DNA of 64,000 nt from Antedon mediterranea (Eukaryota; Animalia; Echinodermata): positions 15,695,045-15,759,044 of the forward strand of contig NC_092680.1 in the NCBI RefSeq assembly GCF_964355755.1. The letters are read 5' to 3'. The notes under the pieces are model-generated. The model was not told the DNA's origin and did no database searches. It worked only from the letters and a program-made list of their open reading frames with translations. Shown in pieces: positions 1 through 15,000 of the stretch. The position numbers and the translations under genes were made by a program. Numbering within the stretch: the stretch's first letter is position 1; every line of letters starts with the position of its first letter.

Positions 1-3000
1 TTCTCATATTTATGTTTTCTTAGTTGTAAACCTCTGTTATGGTACAGAATTATCTATGTAATTGAGAATGATGATTTGTGATGGGCAAACAAGGCTACCA
101 CAGAGTTGGGTGAGAAGGTACCCTGTGACTCTAAGCCAAGATCGCCATTTAATTCGTAAAGTAGATATTGAACTTGTCTAGCGATGTATTTACAGTGCCC
201 AGTATGACCAGACAAACTAAATGACATAATAGTTAATAGTCACACTGAGAAATAACAGCAGACTGGACAGTAGGCCGTCCATGCTAGCCACATACTGGTC
301 AGAATTGAAACATGTTGCACTGTCGTAAGCATTCCTTAAGCTCAATGGTAGGTGACCAATGTTTGTGGTAAAACTGTTGAGATAAAAGGCATGTATTATT
401 GACAATGACATTTAAAATTAACATCACATGAGAAATGAAACTGGGTATAAACAATTTTTTCATGCATTTTAACATCATCCAGGGAATAAATATCCTTAGT
501 CCGTCCCCCACAGAATCTCAGGGGTTTGCACATCATTTTACTTGGGGCTAGGATGTTAATTTTCAGTTTGTTCTGCCTACAGTATGTAGATTACAACAAC
601 TGTGTAGGGAAGAGGGTTATGAGGTACTGTATTTGTGGGTGGGAGAGGGAGGATGCCTTTTGTACTGTACACAATATTGACCTTACCATTGATTTTATCT
701 TCACTGACTGTTATTTCTTCATCTTTTAGCTAATGTAGTGTATAGAGGGATATAGAGCACTTGGGTTTAGGCCGCAAGTGTATGTTGTTATTGTACCATA
801 GGTACCTAAATGTCCATATTGACTGTCACAGCCTAGGGCTTTGTTATAGTAAAATACAAACATACAACTTCCCTGTAAAAACTATGCTTGAAGCTGATTT
901 ACATTAACAAAATACTTCTTACTCAATCAATAATAACTTACAATAATGATAACATAGCCTCTGTCACAACTAATTACACCCTATCTTAATTATTATTAAG
1001 GTGTGAGGAAATTAAAATTGTAAAATATTGTATATAATCATCTTACTGTATCGTAAACAGGTACGCGGTGAGTGTTTTGAAAGGAGCGGTGAATCGGTCA
1101 CTATAGGTGGAAATGAAATTATTTAGGTTAACTTATCGAAAGGACCTTGGTTTGTGGGTTCCTACCGTGCCGGACCACTTAACAGCAGGCCCTGAAATAT
1201 GACGTGCTTATGAGTGAACTTTACAAGTAAATTGATCATTTATCATTTTATACTGAATCAATATTGACATGTACATCTTAGTCATATTATTCAACCTCAA
1301 CACTTTACCTCTCCAAAGGGTTATTTTTTATTGAGTTGAATTACAATTATACAAATATTATTTTTGTTATACAGTAGTAACCTAATAATATAACTCATCA
1401 TGAATATCTTGCCTAGGGTAAGACCCAAAGGGTATTTCGATGGAATTGTCTGTCATTTTTTATCTTGTATTGGAAACTTTAAGGTAGTTTAAGAGCAGCA
1501 GTTTTGTTTGGAATGGTTAGACCTACAGTAGATATCCATTGCAATTGCATAATTATACAGTTGATGCAAAGATGTAGAGGAGAAGCGTTATGCTCTGCCC
1601 ATTTAAATTTTTGAAAAATTTATGAAAAATATAACTAAAATAAATCATAATTTTCATTTGTAAAAAAAGGAATAAAGAATGCCTATTTCACATGTTGTAA
1701 AATGTTCCTTATTAGCATGGCACCTACAATTTCAATTTTACTCTCATATTTTATTTCATCTCAGATCTCCTCAAAACCAGCCTGAAATGTTGCTCTATAA
1801 AGGGTTAAGGCAGTGGCCGAAATTTAGAAGAAATATTCGCACATCTTTAAAACAAATACTGTGAACACAACTTGTTGTAGTTTTATATAATATCTCTAAT
1901 TAATAATACTGTACTGTACCTTTTTCATACTTATGATACATACATATTTCTTTATATTTTCCCACCCAATCATATTTACTGTACTATTTAGTATACATTA
2001 CATGCATATAAATATTTTATTCTATAGGCGAAACAAGAGGCGGTAGGCAGTGCTCTCCTCATCTATCTGGTGTATCTTGTCATCTACAGCATCACTCATA
2101 CCAGTTGAAGATTATATCAAGTGGCATATTTGAGGGTTACAGCAGACATCTTCAACATCTTTGGGGGAGAATGTAATATTTATGAACAAGGGAGTGGCAA
2201 TCGATATTATCAATGCACCATTCCATACTAAGTTTTCTTGAGTTTATTCAACAATCATTTTAAAAATTGTTCTCTGTTCTAAATAAACATTTGCAGACTT
2301 TAAACACTTTGTTTTCACTGGGAATTCAGGATGTGATGTTTATCTAATGTAGGCCTAGAGTAGGGCTGTATAGTTAATGATGTTTCCAATCTTTGAAATG
2401 GAAGAAAACACACAGAAATGTTTTTCAATCAGAATTTTTTTTTAAAGTGAAAATAAGTGGAAATAAATAAGCATCACCTTCAGACCATAAACCAACCTTA
2501 TGCTTTATACACTTTTTGTTTTAACCTATGCCTACATTATCAAATTAGTTTGACAAAAATAGTGTGATGTTCCCAAATATGGTAGCGATATAATATCATC
2601 AGGTCCATATTTGAGCACTTTTTATCTCATAAAGTTTGATAGTGTAGACAGAGCTTATGTCATTTTAACCAGGAAGAGTTTTATAGAATAAACAAAATCT
2701 TGTTTTGCAGTTTTATTTGTTGATAAATATTAATTAATATTAAATAAAATAATAATAAAATTGTCCATAAAATTGTTGATATTTAAAAACTTTTCAGATA
2801 AAAAGTTTGCTACATTTGTGTCTGTTGAGAGAGAAAAAAAGATGAACAGTGCCCTCTATGAACAGTGCCCTCTATGAACATTATTTTCTATACTGCAATG
2901 ATATAATGAGTTTTTTCTTTATGAAGAATATAACCAATTATTCAGTATGCTGCTTTTTTATAAAAGTAATGTAATAACTAGTTGTAAGAAATAAATTTGT

Positions 3001-3179
3001 TACCAAATACTATTACATTGTGTTTTTGTTGTATTAGAGTGTGTGCAGGTAAATTTGCATTACAGTATTATGTACTAGGCCCTATCAGAGGCCTAAATAG
3101 GTAAAGAATCAACAGTACAGTTATAAAAATATAAGAGGGATGCATTCAAATCGGTGAAAAAAAATAGTGGTCCATATAA

Positions 3180-3359
3180 AGCGTGGTTTCCACTAGCGAC
3201 GCAACGCCAGGACGTAACGCAACGCAAGTGAATTGACCAATCACAAGCGATGGCTTATTCGCTTTTGATTGCTAACTGTCTATATATATAGCTTGTCATT
3301 GGTTAAAACGCTTGCGTTGCGTTTACGTCCTTGCGTTACGTTCTAGTGGGAACCAAGCT
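3180..3359. mobile_element. PIF/Harbinger-type MITE family A, copy 1 (inverted relative to copies 2 and 3)
   Basis: TIR AGCGTGGTTTCCACTAG...CTAGTGGGAACCAAGCT, near-palindromic body, TAA on both sides. Confidence 0.85.
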
Positions 3360-3497
3360 TAAGTGACAGAAATAATAATATAATGTGTACATAACCCGGT
3401 CGTGTTGAATGGAACCAGCATCTTACTCAACAGAAGACGCTGCGGCGCACCGTCGCTCAAGAACGACATCGTCGTCGTGTTACGTAATGTTTCGTAA

Positions 3498-3663
3498 AGC
3501 TTGGTTCCCACTAGAACGTAACGCAAGGACGTAAACGCAACGCAAGCGTTTTAACCAATGACAAGCGAAGTTATAGACAGTTAGCAATCACAAGCGAATA
3601 AGCCATCGCTTGTGATTGGTCAATTCACTTGCGTTGCGTTGCGTCGCCAGTGGGAACCACGCT
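3498..3663. mobile_element. MITE family A copy 2
   Basis: AGCTTGGTTCCCACTAG...GTGGGAACCACGCT, TAA TSD, small internal deletion. Confidence 0.85.
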
Positions 3664-3693
3664 TAAACCTTTGTTTAGCATGTTAGTCTATAA

Positions 3694-3872
3694 AGCTTGG
3701 TTCCCACTAGAACGTAACGCAAGGACGTAAACGCAACGCAAGCGTTTTAACCAATGACAAGCGAAGTTATAGACAGGTAGCAATCACAAGCGAATAAGCC
3801 ATCGCTTGTGATTGGTCAATTCACTTGTGTTGCGTTACGTCCTTGTGTTGCGTCGCTAGTGGGAACCACGCT
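3694..3872. mobile_element. MITE family A copy 3
   Basis: Near-identical to copy 2; flanked by TAA and TTA. Confidence 0.85.
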
Positions 3873-5453
3873 TTAACGATAAAGCAGCAATAAACATATA
3901 TGTGTATGGTTCACTTTAGACGCAGTTTTAAGACTGGTGTGGAAATGATCCGTAGAGAGTGTGTATGGTTCACTGTAGTAGATTGAACCACAGTGGACTA
4001 CTATCCGTAGAGAATGTGTTGGGTCACTGTAGAGTGGACTACCAGACGGCAGTTTTACTCTTACTGATTTGCTGAAATATCAATAACCCTTGATATCAAC
4101 CATTTGCTGTATAATATCATATATAAATTCTCTTTTCATACGACTAGGAAAAAATAAACAAACACATTGTATAATACATTCAACTTTTTTATTCTCATTT
4201 ATATACAAATTTGTATAAAATAAGGATATATTGGATAGAAAATGGACATCTACGAATATTACTACTCATTTATTTCCGACCCAATCCTATAAATAGAAAA
4301 ATAATAAACTAATAATTATATAAAAATTAAGGACACTTTTACAGAATGGTTTTAATGAACTGAATATAGGCTTTAAAGTATGGTAATCAGTGCATAGTTC
4401 CGACAAGATGCACACTTCCCATAAATTCAATTTTTAATATGGGTAGTGTACGTTTTCATTTCTGATATTTTCTGCTTACCGTTACCACTCATCTGTGTAA
4501 ATTGGCCTTTATGCTTCTAGGCTCTTTGCAGAACCCAGTCACTTCACTGCGGGATAACCTTTACTAAATGGATACAATGTTTTATTTATGTAGACAATGT
4601 TATGTTAAAATATATCATAAAATATTTACATAAAACTAACACGTGTGATTTAATTTAATTATTCATATAATTGCTTATAGGTAAATCCAATATTTCACAA
4701 TCCTATCTTATTTACTTCTAAAATTGTTAAGAAAATAGTTTGTATTTTTTTTTTACTATATACATTTTTACTATGGCATCATAAGCTGATAAAACGAATG
4801 AACAGCAGATACTCTCGTAAGGCATTGGGGGAACACAGACCGTTTAGATATATTGATCTTGAGTAAAAAAGGACAACATTGGTTTATGGGTGTGCAATTT
4901 ATTTGATGTAACTAACTGTATCATTTCAACTGCAAACTAATTCAATTTCTGTTACGTTATATTATACATATATCTCTGTTTGAACTAGGGATCGGACAAT
5001 ACCTCTCCGATAGATATGACCTTCGTACAGTGTGCCGTACGTATAATGAAATTAAATAATGTTATAATAATTGACCAGAGAAATTATCGCATGTGTATCT
5101 AAATTCAATGTCTTGAATGAAATACAAGGTTAAACATTCGTTTTCACTTGTATCTGTGTACATGATAGTAATTGCTTACTAAGACACCTTCGGTTACCTT
5201 ACTTGTCTTGTAGTAACCCCCGATACTAAAACAAGGCAAACTTTCTAACACTCTAAATATTTTTTGAATTATTATATTACATTATTAATAACCTATGCTC
5301 TAAATGTTACTTAAATACAATATAATCTTCATATCATAATACTGACAACACAGTCTCCCTGCATTCATGTTTTTGACATTTTTATGTATTTAAAGGTGTT
5401 TATTTTTGTGTTTTTTTTTTAAATTTTATATGCGCATCATTATCTCTTAAAAA

Positions 5454-6022
5454 CTAGTCTACTTTTTTCTTCGATATGTAATGACAGTTAAATCGATCCG
5501 GGGTTGGTTCAAGTGTTATGTCTGAAAATCCAACTCGTTCGAGCGTCTTTGTTGCCTCCTCTTTACCCCACATGATCCCTAAGCCCGCCCCATTCTCAAC
5601 GTTCAATGACACAGCCATACAATGCATCAGACTGATGACGTAACCATTCATCGCCCGTGGGTTGCCAATATTTCTCACCGGGTGGCTGTGGACATTCACT
5701 TCAAGCATGGAAAAATAACCACCGGGTTTCAGGATCCGCTTAATTTCTGATAACGTTTTGTACGGTTTTGGCATGTCGTGGATAGCATCGAAGGATGTGA
5801 CGTAATCAAACTTTTCTGACCAATCGGACGGTAGCTGAGTTGCATCTTGTGTGTAGAACTCCGCGTTGTCGAGACTCAGTTTTTCAGCTTCTCGCTTTGC
5901 GAATTCGATACTCTCACGAGATATGTCTATTCCATAGAACCTGCTCTTTGGAAATCTTTGTGCCAGAAGCAAAACCACTTTCCCTCGTCCACATCCCACA
6001 TCTAATGATTGGCCTCCTTGTT
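5454..6022 (-). CDS. Rv2258c-like methyltransferase exon 4 (Rossmann catalytic domain)
   Basis: AAACAG| acceptor, EQGGQSLDVGCGRG...YISKKKVD, TAG stop. Confidence 0.95.
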
Positions 6023-9000
6023 CTGTTTGGTTAGAAAGAAAAAAGTAACGGTAATCAAACGTTGACATTTATACATTTTTTTTATATAAAATTCATCTTA
6101 AGAAAATTGAGTGCTAAATTCAAGTGATATGTTATTGATATGAATATAGAATGTCATTTCTATCTAAAAATCAGTATTAAAAAATCCGTTTGCGACCACA
6201 TTATACAATTCATCTGAAGACAATTGTTGTAATGTCCATTATTTAGTTTCTGCTTAGTTTGATAGAGGAAAAGTTTGATTTAATGCTTGGTTTGTTTCAT
6301 ATCGACTCTACTAATTTGCATACATGCAGGTGCATTCCTTTGTTTCCAATCTTTTGTTATAGTGTAGTGATTGTAGAAATGTAAAAAGGGCAGTGAACAC
6401 ACTAAATACTAGAGTAGGTTCGTACTGTAGTACTGTATAGCATAATGTGTTTACATGAGAGAAGCTCAACCTTGTGAGTCGTATTGTTTGTTATTTATTT
6501 CAGAATATTTTAGTTTTTTAGATTTTACAGTAAAGGCTAAAATAGGTAGGCCTATGATTACTAGCTATATTTTACCAGCTTGAGTTTTAAACAATATTCA
6601 GTTTGAATGGTATAGTCACTCCTCATGTATGTATTTATGTACTCATGCTGATTGTCAATATAATTTGTATGGTTTCAGAAATCGTAACCCGGGCAGACCA
6701 GACAGAAATTGAAAATTTATGGAATGAAGGAGTGAACCGCATTTGCATAGTATACAGCTTTATTGCTACATATTACAATGTAAAGGGTCTTTCACACCTG
6801 TTCCGGCACGATTCCGGTCCGGCGAATCGAACATCAATGTTTCGTTTTCATGACGCCCCACGCGGCTATGCGCCAATCGATTTGCGCGTAGCCGCGTGAA
6901 AACGAAACATTGACGTTCGATTGGATTTTTCGGCGCCGGATCGGAACCGTGCCGGAACAGGTGTGAAAGACCCTTTATGCAGGTAATGTTTCTTTTCAAA
7001 TAGATAGGCATATAATGTAATTTCGTTTTTACAAGATTTCTATAAATCGTTGCAGGCTTCGCTATCTGATGTTATGTGGTCGCAAGCTATATTACATTTC
7101 ATACATGTGATACATTCCATGTGACACGAATGATGACCAATATAATTTTTACCATTTAATTTTGCACATTATCTTAGTTTTGAATGTTTCTCGGTTTATT
7201 TTAATTTATTAAGAAATTTTGTTTTACTATACAAATTAATATTTGAAGATCTCAACCTTTTCAGTGATTTGACATGACAAAACATAATTTGTAAATATGT
7301 TATATACTTGTTGCACATCTTATTGATACTGTGCCCTTGATGCAAAAGAGATACAATAAAGTCAAGTCCAGTGAGAAATAACAAATTATGAGCGGGATAT
7401 AATCATTTTCTTGAGTTAGGCATACTTACCAAGAATATCCAACATGCCCGGAACTTGAGGTAACACTCGTGGGATTAATGAGCCTGAATGAAGGCAGTTG
7501 GAAATAAAGTCCATCAGGTGGTGGAACTTGCCGTATCGTGAATATGAAACGCCTAAATACAGAGAGAGAAAAAAAAAGCACATTACAAATAAGGATGTTT
7601 ACGACAATTACTGTCACAACAGCGCCGTGACGTAATTAGGTTTACAACCGGAATAAATGAATATAGTGTTTATAGTTTATTTTATTTATTTTAGCAAACT
7701 TTAAAATAGCAAAGTTCGCCGAGGTACATAATGAGTAATATCAATGACGTATTATGCGACTAAACATTGCTACTACGAACACTACAACCGAGTTGGGAAC
7801 CCAGGAATGGAATGCCTATGTTTACATAACATCCTATTAATAAAATAACTATGATGTTATTGTTGTGATAACGCATCATTAAATGATAAATGTAGTTAAC
7901 CGGGTTAGGAAATGTTAGTAATAAATAACATAAAGTTATAACTTTGTTTTTCAATACCTCAGGAAAAGATTTATTACTTCCTAATTATAACACAAGGTTT
8001 TGTGTGTGCCAAATATTACTGCCATTAAATAATAATTTATACCACTAATATATAATTAGGCCTATTTATTGACGTATTTTCAAATTCGGGCTTTGACAGT
8101 CGCCGGTTTCGGCCGTGTATATATGACAACTCGGGATGGAATGCAATTCAAACAGCTGCTAAAGTAGCCTAACTTAAGAATGTTAAGAAATGTACAGTGA
8201 GTTTCCGTTCAACCTTAAAGATAAGGGGAAGGATGCAATGTTGCAGCTGTCTGAATATGGGTTTAAAGATGCAGACTTCTCCAACCTAGAACTATACTCA
8301 ACGAATGCATTATAATTTTGTCAATTAAAAAGTATGGTCATTATTGTTTTTTACCACATAGTTTGACAAAAAGTTGATCCAAAAGAAAAATGTACCTGAT
8401 AAAGCTGTAATTTAAAGAAATCAAAATAATTAACCATAGAAAACGTGTTTTTGGTTACTTTTTTAAAATACATCAACTTATAAGAAATCTGTAACAAAAA
8501 CAATGTAATTCATATACACTGATATACATTTGGACACAGATTTTCTCATGATTTTCATTAGTTTATCGACAACCATCATCTTTGGTTTGAACCATTTTTT
8601 AAACAATATGTTTTAGTAGGTGACTCAATTTCTTTCCCAAATGTTTTAATTTATATTATTAGGCCTATCAGATTCTATAAGTGAAAGTCTTAATTTGTCT
8701 ATTGTTTTGTTACACTCATTCATGTAGGTCTAACACCACTTTTGGTTTAACAGAGATTTTTTCACAACCGCCGTTCTCAACATTACTGGAATATAGTCGG
8801 TATTATAAATAAATGTGATTGTAAAATACTTATATTTAAACTCTTGCACACATGAAGATATTTATATTTTAAACACTTTATCATTAGATCGAAATTATCT
8901 TTATTTTAACATTAGTTCAGAGAACGAATGTGACTTCAGTTCAAAACGGTTTACGTATTTAGCTTGTTAAGTCTAGAAATAGATGGTGTTTATTTTTTCT

Positions 9001-12000
9001 TGTCTTAGAACATTATATATCACAATTTAATGAGATATATTATCGGTCTGTTTCTTTCTTTAGACCAATAGGTTTAAGAAAACACGATTTCTCAGACAGA
9101 CGTATATGGTTTTGTAATTTATGAATTAATAATCTAGACAAAACAATAATACAAATTAAAACTCCGAACAGATACAATAATCAACTTTGTTTAAAGATCT
9201 TTGGTCTAGCACGACACGGAAGGATTTCTTTATGCACGTATAGCGACACGGTCCAGTGGTCCTATTCGCCATTTTCACACAATTAGGATAAGATGACCAT
9301 TTTAACATTACAGTGATAAACTGTCTGTGGAAACGGGGTTTAACCGATCCACACAAGAAAAATTTAACGATAATTATCTCATTCAAATCGGATAATTATC
9401 TGACAAATGCGATAATGTATAAACTTTCGAAAAATGGTTGCATTGTGACTGGGCACCTGGTTGTTTGGTAATGACTGATCATGCGCACTTTATTTTTTAA
9501 TTAATTACCTGATTGGTTGAAAAAATAACCGAAAATTTTGTTTTGACTGCGGAAACACAGTCATAGAATCATACTTAACTCACTTAAGTCATATAATGGT
9601 ATACCTTGATATTCACGTATACCTCTGAGTGTGAATGGTGATCAATGATCAAGCCAAGTACAAATAAGCAATTTCATGACGCACAATTAGCACCCCTCCC
9701 TATACGAAACGAATACTTTGGGTTAGTGGGACGGACCGGTATGTTAACCAACGGTTTGGGTCAATCAATCATATACCTTTCAATGTCTAAAATAGTCAAA
9801 CTCAGCAAGCGGTCGACTTTCCATAAGTAACACAAACATTGGCAATATAACATTTATCAAAGTATGGAAACAGCAGTGATCTATCAAATTTTACGTTCAC
9901 TACTCATAGTATACGATGGAAGTAAATTGACCAACCTCTTGACTTTCATAATGTATAAACATAGGCTACTAGCAGATTAGGTAAAATGCTTGTTAGGCAT
10001 CTCAAAGTTTGTTTCTGTAACTTAAATCCTGAAGTGCTCATAACATTTTGTTGAAGTTATTGCGTAAGCTCAATTGTAAAACAGAAATATAAAACACATA
10101 TAAAAATATAAATTGTCCCTATGTTTGAAAAGTAAATTTTGTGATTTCAGTGGCATATATATCAATGCATTAGATCTTCTACTACACCTTCGGGACCCAG
10201 CAAAATGTCGCAACAGAGATTTCTTCTGTTTCCAGATTGACTTTGGTTAGCATAATTAAATATTTCTGTGTCCTGTTAATATGACTGTCTCCAGAATAAG
10301 TGTTTCTTACAACATCCTCTTTCTCTTTCCAAACCACTACTACAATTGAGAATATTCCTAGCACATTTTCCTGTAAAGTCTTTACTAGACTAGACTGTCA
10401 AGAAGTGATTAAGTAAGAAGATCTAAAATTTACAAGGCAAAACTATGCTCAAATATTTGAATAGATTATTTTTAAAACTGACTTAGGTAAAACCATTCAA
10501 GTAAAATAATGTTAAGATGATGATTTTTTGCTAAAGCCAAGTTCCATTAATATGACACACCTGAACTTAGACATTCGCCTATTCTACGGTATCATGTCTA
10601 GGCCTATAGCCACAATAAACAGCCCAGTATCGTGTCTGCTGACGGACATTTTAATCGAACAGTTTGTTTAGCATTTTAAGCGGGGAATGATATATAATAT
10701 GCCTATTTAATGTCACATCAGTGATGTATTTTATTTTGTTGCCACATGTTGAACAAATTATGAGCTTAATATCTAATCCTCTAAACAACAGTCTTTTAGA
10801 TTTCGTAACACTTTCTTATGTTAATACTTAACACTGGATCAATAGATCACGAACCACACACAATTGTGTTGTCGTTGGTAAAAGTATTTTCCTGATAACA
10901 GCTACTTTGAATTATAGAACTTGTATATAATTTTAGAATAGTATAACGGATTTGGGATGTTGATGAAACAAAATGTCCCACCAAGCAGCACCACGTTTGC
11001 TAAACCAAAAACTCCCTTGCCAGATTCTCTTTAAATAATATCTCTATGTTTAAACACATATAATTAAAGTATAATCTGCTTATTATATGGTATGCAGCGA
11101 AGAGATATCTCAATCCATTTAGGCTAAAATATCGAGATAAATAAAAATAAAAGGAATAAATAGTTGACGATAATTCCTGATAACCCAAACCAAAATCTGT
11201 CTGAGTGTTCCTACATCTAAAATAGGTTGTTAAATACATGAACGTCTTACACGTAGATGTTTATATACGTTTTGTGTCTATGAACAGTAAATTCATAAAA
11301 TTTTCATCGGAGATGTTAGATAAACCATTAATTGTAAGCTCGGACGTCCGTAATTTATACTAAGGATATACTAACGATAAAAGTATCAAAATGAATTGAT
11401 CACATTCTCCATAGACAAATAAGATCCACATGGCTTATTTTAAAATTTCATAGAAATTAATAATAAACATTTGAGGACTCCTTGGATAGAGTTTTGTTTA
11501 TAATTAATTCATTTATTTAACAACATCTTTATCAAGGATTAGACAATCAGGTAAAAGAAAAACGTGTTTTGCATTGTGGTCCTGTCTCAAATATAACTTA
11601 AATCGGGGAAAAAGAGTCAGTCAATGGATGTGTCCTTCTGGTATTAACCTTATAATATTTAGGCGTATGGATGGTTACTATCCTCGCCCTCATCTAGTTA
11701 ACGTTAATCCAGATAGCATGGGTTCAAATCCTATAATTTTGTTTAGGCCTACTTTTTAAACTACAGAAAAAAAACTTATAATTTGTTTGATTCATTAACA
11801 TATATTTATTCTCAGCAGCAACATTAATACTAACTAAATACTAAACTCACTCAAAGTAAGACTTTTAACGACTGAGTATGGGCCTACTGTGAACATTGTC
11901 AAGTAATAATTGTGTCGTCACCACCGTGTGGTAGAGTATTTAAATAACATTTACTATACATTTTGCCAATGTAAATATGCAATTGGCTAGTCATATTAAA

Positions 12001-15000
12001 TCAAGCATGACACGTACGTAGTTAGTTCCACAATATTATGACAACATTAACCACGTGGTGTGTATTAATACTATTGAGGTGAATGGGCATTTAAAGGTTT
12101 AGAAAAACTTTACAACCTTAATAATTTCCACCTCAATCGGTTGCAAAGATATGCGTTTACATACACAGAACGCTACATTAAATTAGCAAAACATATACAA
12201 TCAATAATTGTTGATTGGTAACTAATTTCGTTATATTTCAGTTTATTATGAATTATGTACCGATTATTGAATACGGTAAACATCACCTTTAAGTCGAGAC
12301 CGTATCCTAACGGAAAGCATGCATTTATCCATCGGCTATTTTTACACTCACTGTGAATTTGACATTGATTTGTTCCAGATAAGATTATGTTTTAGATTTA
12401 ATTTGTTTTCCTACTTAGGCCTACTTATATTTGTTGCATCCTCTGAAAAATTCAAAGTGCAATGTTTAAAAAAATAATGTATTTTTTTTTTTCGATTCTA
12501 TTGATGTGTTCCAGTAACCTCGCGGGTGGGATCATGTTTGTGGTTATTGATGTCATACACTCTGTTTCACAAGTGACAGTATAGACATTTCCCAATTTTG
12601 ATTGAGAGTTTTAAGAACATTATTATTTATACAAACAAATAATTCGAAATTAGACGAAAGTTGAGACTAGAATTCAAGGCAGAAAAAAAATAGACTGGTA
12701 ACACACGATAAAATATTTTTGACAGCAAATAGATCTATTATAATATTATTATTTTCATGATTATTAGGGGGTTAAAGTCGAAACCTAAGCTAATGCTAAC
12801 GGCCGTGATGCCCATCTCCATTTCTTTAGCGTTGGGCCAGACTCCACTAAGTGTGTATGTTTGTGGGGGGGGGGGGGGGGGCGCCACTCCTCCCTCACAA
12901 ACGAGTCTGATTCTGATTATTACTTTTTGTTTAAAAGAACACAAACTATAGGCCTACATTTCAATAAAAAATGAATGTACTTTAATCTAAAACGAAAGTA
13001 TTAATGAAATATTTTTTTCATTATTTCTAAGTTTTACATGTTTTGTGTTTAATATTTCTTCATCATTATATCATTTTTCTTTTTAAATCAGTTATGGTTA
13101 CAGTAGATAGAAAAAACAGAACAGAATTGGAAATGAAAATGTTTTATTATTTTTATTTGATGGGAAAAAATTTGTTTTGCTGTTATTTTCTTCTGCAAAT
13201 TTTAATGATAAATGTGTGTTTAAAAGTGTTATATGTGTGTTCAACAGTCTGTGTATTAATAGTAAATTTGACTGGCGCCTTGCCAATAGGCTAGGTTATG
13301 GTTTGATCACACAAGCCATACCTTCCCCTCGGTTTGCCTCGATACCCAATCGCGATAGCTATTAACACTCGCTGAACCAGACCTGGGGTGAGTTCGACTA
13401 CATTCGAATAGGGTGCAAGTACGCACAGGCGGAACACAAAAGCCGGATCCGTTAAGTTCGGATTCGGGCCACGATCGGTGAAACTCATTAAAACGAGAAA
13501 ACATTAAATTAATTGAATGGAAATGGTTCTCACCGGGAGAATATTTCAAATGAGAAAAGAATAACGACCTCTTTGTCAGGGTGTTTACATCTCAGACATT
13601 TACTAAATACTTTTCTAACACACATGACGGTGTATGATACATAGTATCTTGTATCTAAATCTAAAATACAAGAATAAATCAAGAGTGTATATACTTAATA
13701 TTAACAACATTGAGGTCTAGTTTAAAACACGCGAGCAATCTATAAAAATATGTTATTTACCTAAACAGTGTACACTAAATGAATATACTTTATTGAATGT
13801 TTTATCACCAAAGATTTTCTACCAACTAACAATTCCGTTCTTAGCAAGTGAACATATTTAGCCGCATGGTTCAACCCCCGTGTTCAAATACTAAAATCAG
13901 TCAGAATTTAGGCCCTATATTAATATCGTATAAGCTTACCATTTGGTCCATCGAGCTGAAAACAATCTGCCACGCTATCGTAAGCTTCACACAGCATCGG
14001 AATCATACGTGCAAAGCCTGCTGTATTTTTTGGACCTTCCAAAAAAGGTCTTCGATATGGTGGTACATAGTATGTGCCATTCTCCTCGTCCATTTCTACA
14101 ATACGAGAAACAACCATGGATGCCAACCACTCTCGAACATACCTGAATAAAAAAATATACAATTAAAATTGCACTTGTCTTCTGACAAATCATATAAATA
14201 CATTTTGTAAACACAATATTAAATGGGAGAAACGATCTTAGAAGGCTTCTCAGCTCAATGATTGATTGTGTGTAAATAGTTTTAGTTTCATCACGTAGGA
14301 AATAATATAAAAAATAAAAAATAAAAATATTTTTTCTTTTATGGTTTCATTTAGTTCATAAGTTATTCATATTTTTTTTGGTCAATATTTTCTGTTCTGT
14401 TCTATTTCATTTTTTTTTTGCAAAAAAAATGCAATCGCATGTTGTGCATCGATTCAAAGATGTATGGTCAACAAATAATAAAAATAATGGCGTAATGTGT
14501 AAATCAAAAGTTATAATAATCTTAATATCCGAAGACATACACCAAATCTATTGTGTTTTTGGTGTATTATTAATATTAATTTTATTGAAATAGATTAATT
14601 ATGAACCAATTTAGTTCACAATTAACAATCAGTTTACACCTTAATTGAAAAGTACTATATAGTAGACGTACTGATTTCCAAGGAGGGGTTCATTTTGGTT
14701 ACTGCTGGTTCCACAACGGGTGAATTTAGAATATTTATAATAACTTTTTTTTTTTAAAGTTGTTTATAGTTCCACAGACAGAGAAAGTACTCCAGTGTAT
14801 AATAAGTATATCTTTATTTTCTAACTTCTTTTAAACTTTATTTTGTTTCCAGATGCAATTAGTTGACATCTTATTGAAACCATCGATTCGGGCTAAATAT
14901 ATTACAATGTAAACGTGCATTAGGCCCTATATACTTTATCATTTATTCATCATTGTACAGTATTGAATTGTTGTTATAAAGATAAATCGCCAAACATTGT

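Noticed and set aside
24-160. In-frame TGA read-through (selenocysteine) in CKPLLWYRII...DL*WANK
   Set aside because: No selenoprotein motif is recognisable and I could not identify a SECIS element.
2028-2240. Resemblance of RNKRR*AVLSSSIW to the P2X7 C-terminal/KolX-like domain
   Set aside because: The match is too short, lacks the expected Cys/Pro residues and contains stops.
6023-6068. N-terminus MSTFDYRYFFLSNQT of the 204-aa ORF as a standalone protein start
   Set aside because: It is the intronic polypyrimidine tract. The real exon starts at 6022 and splices in phase to upstream exons.
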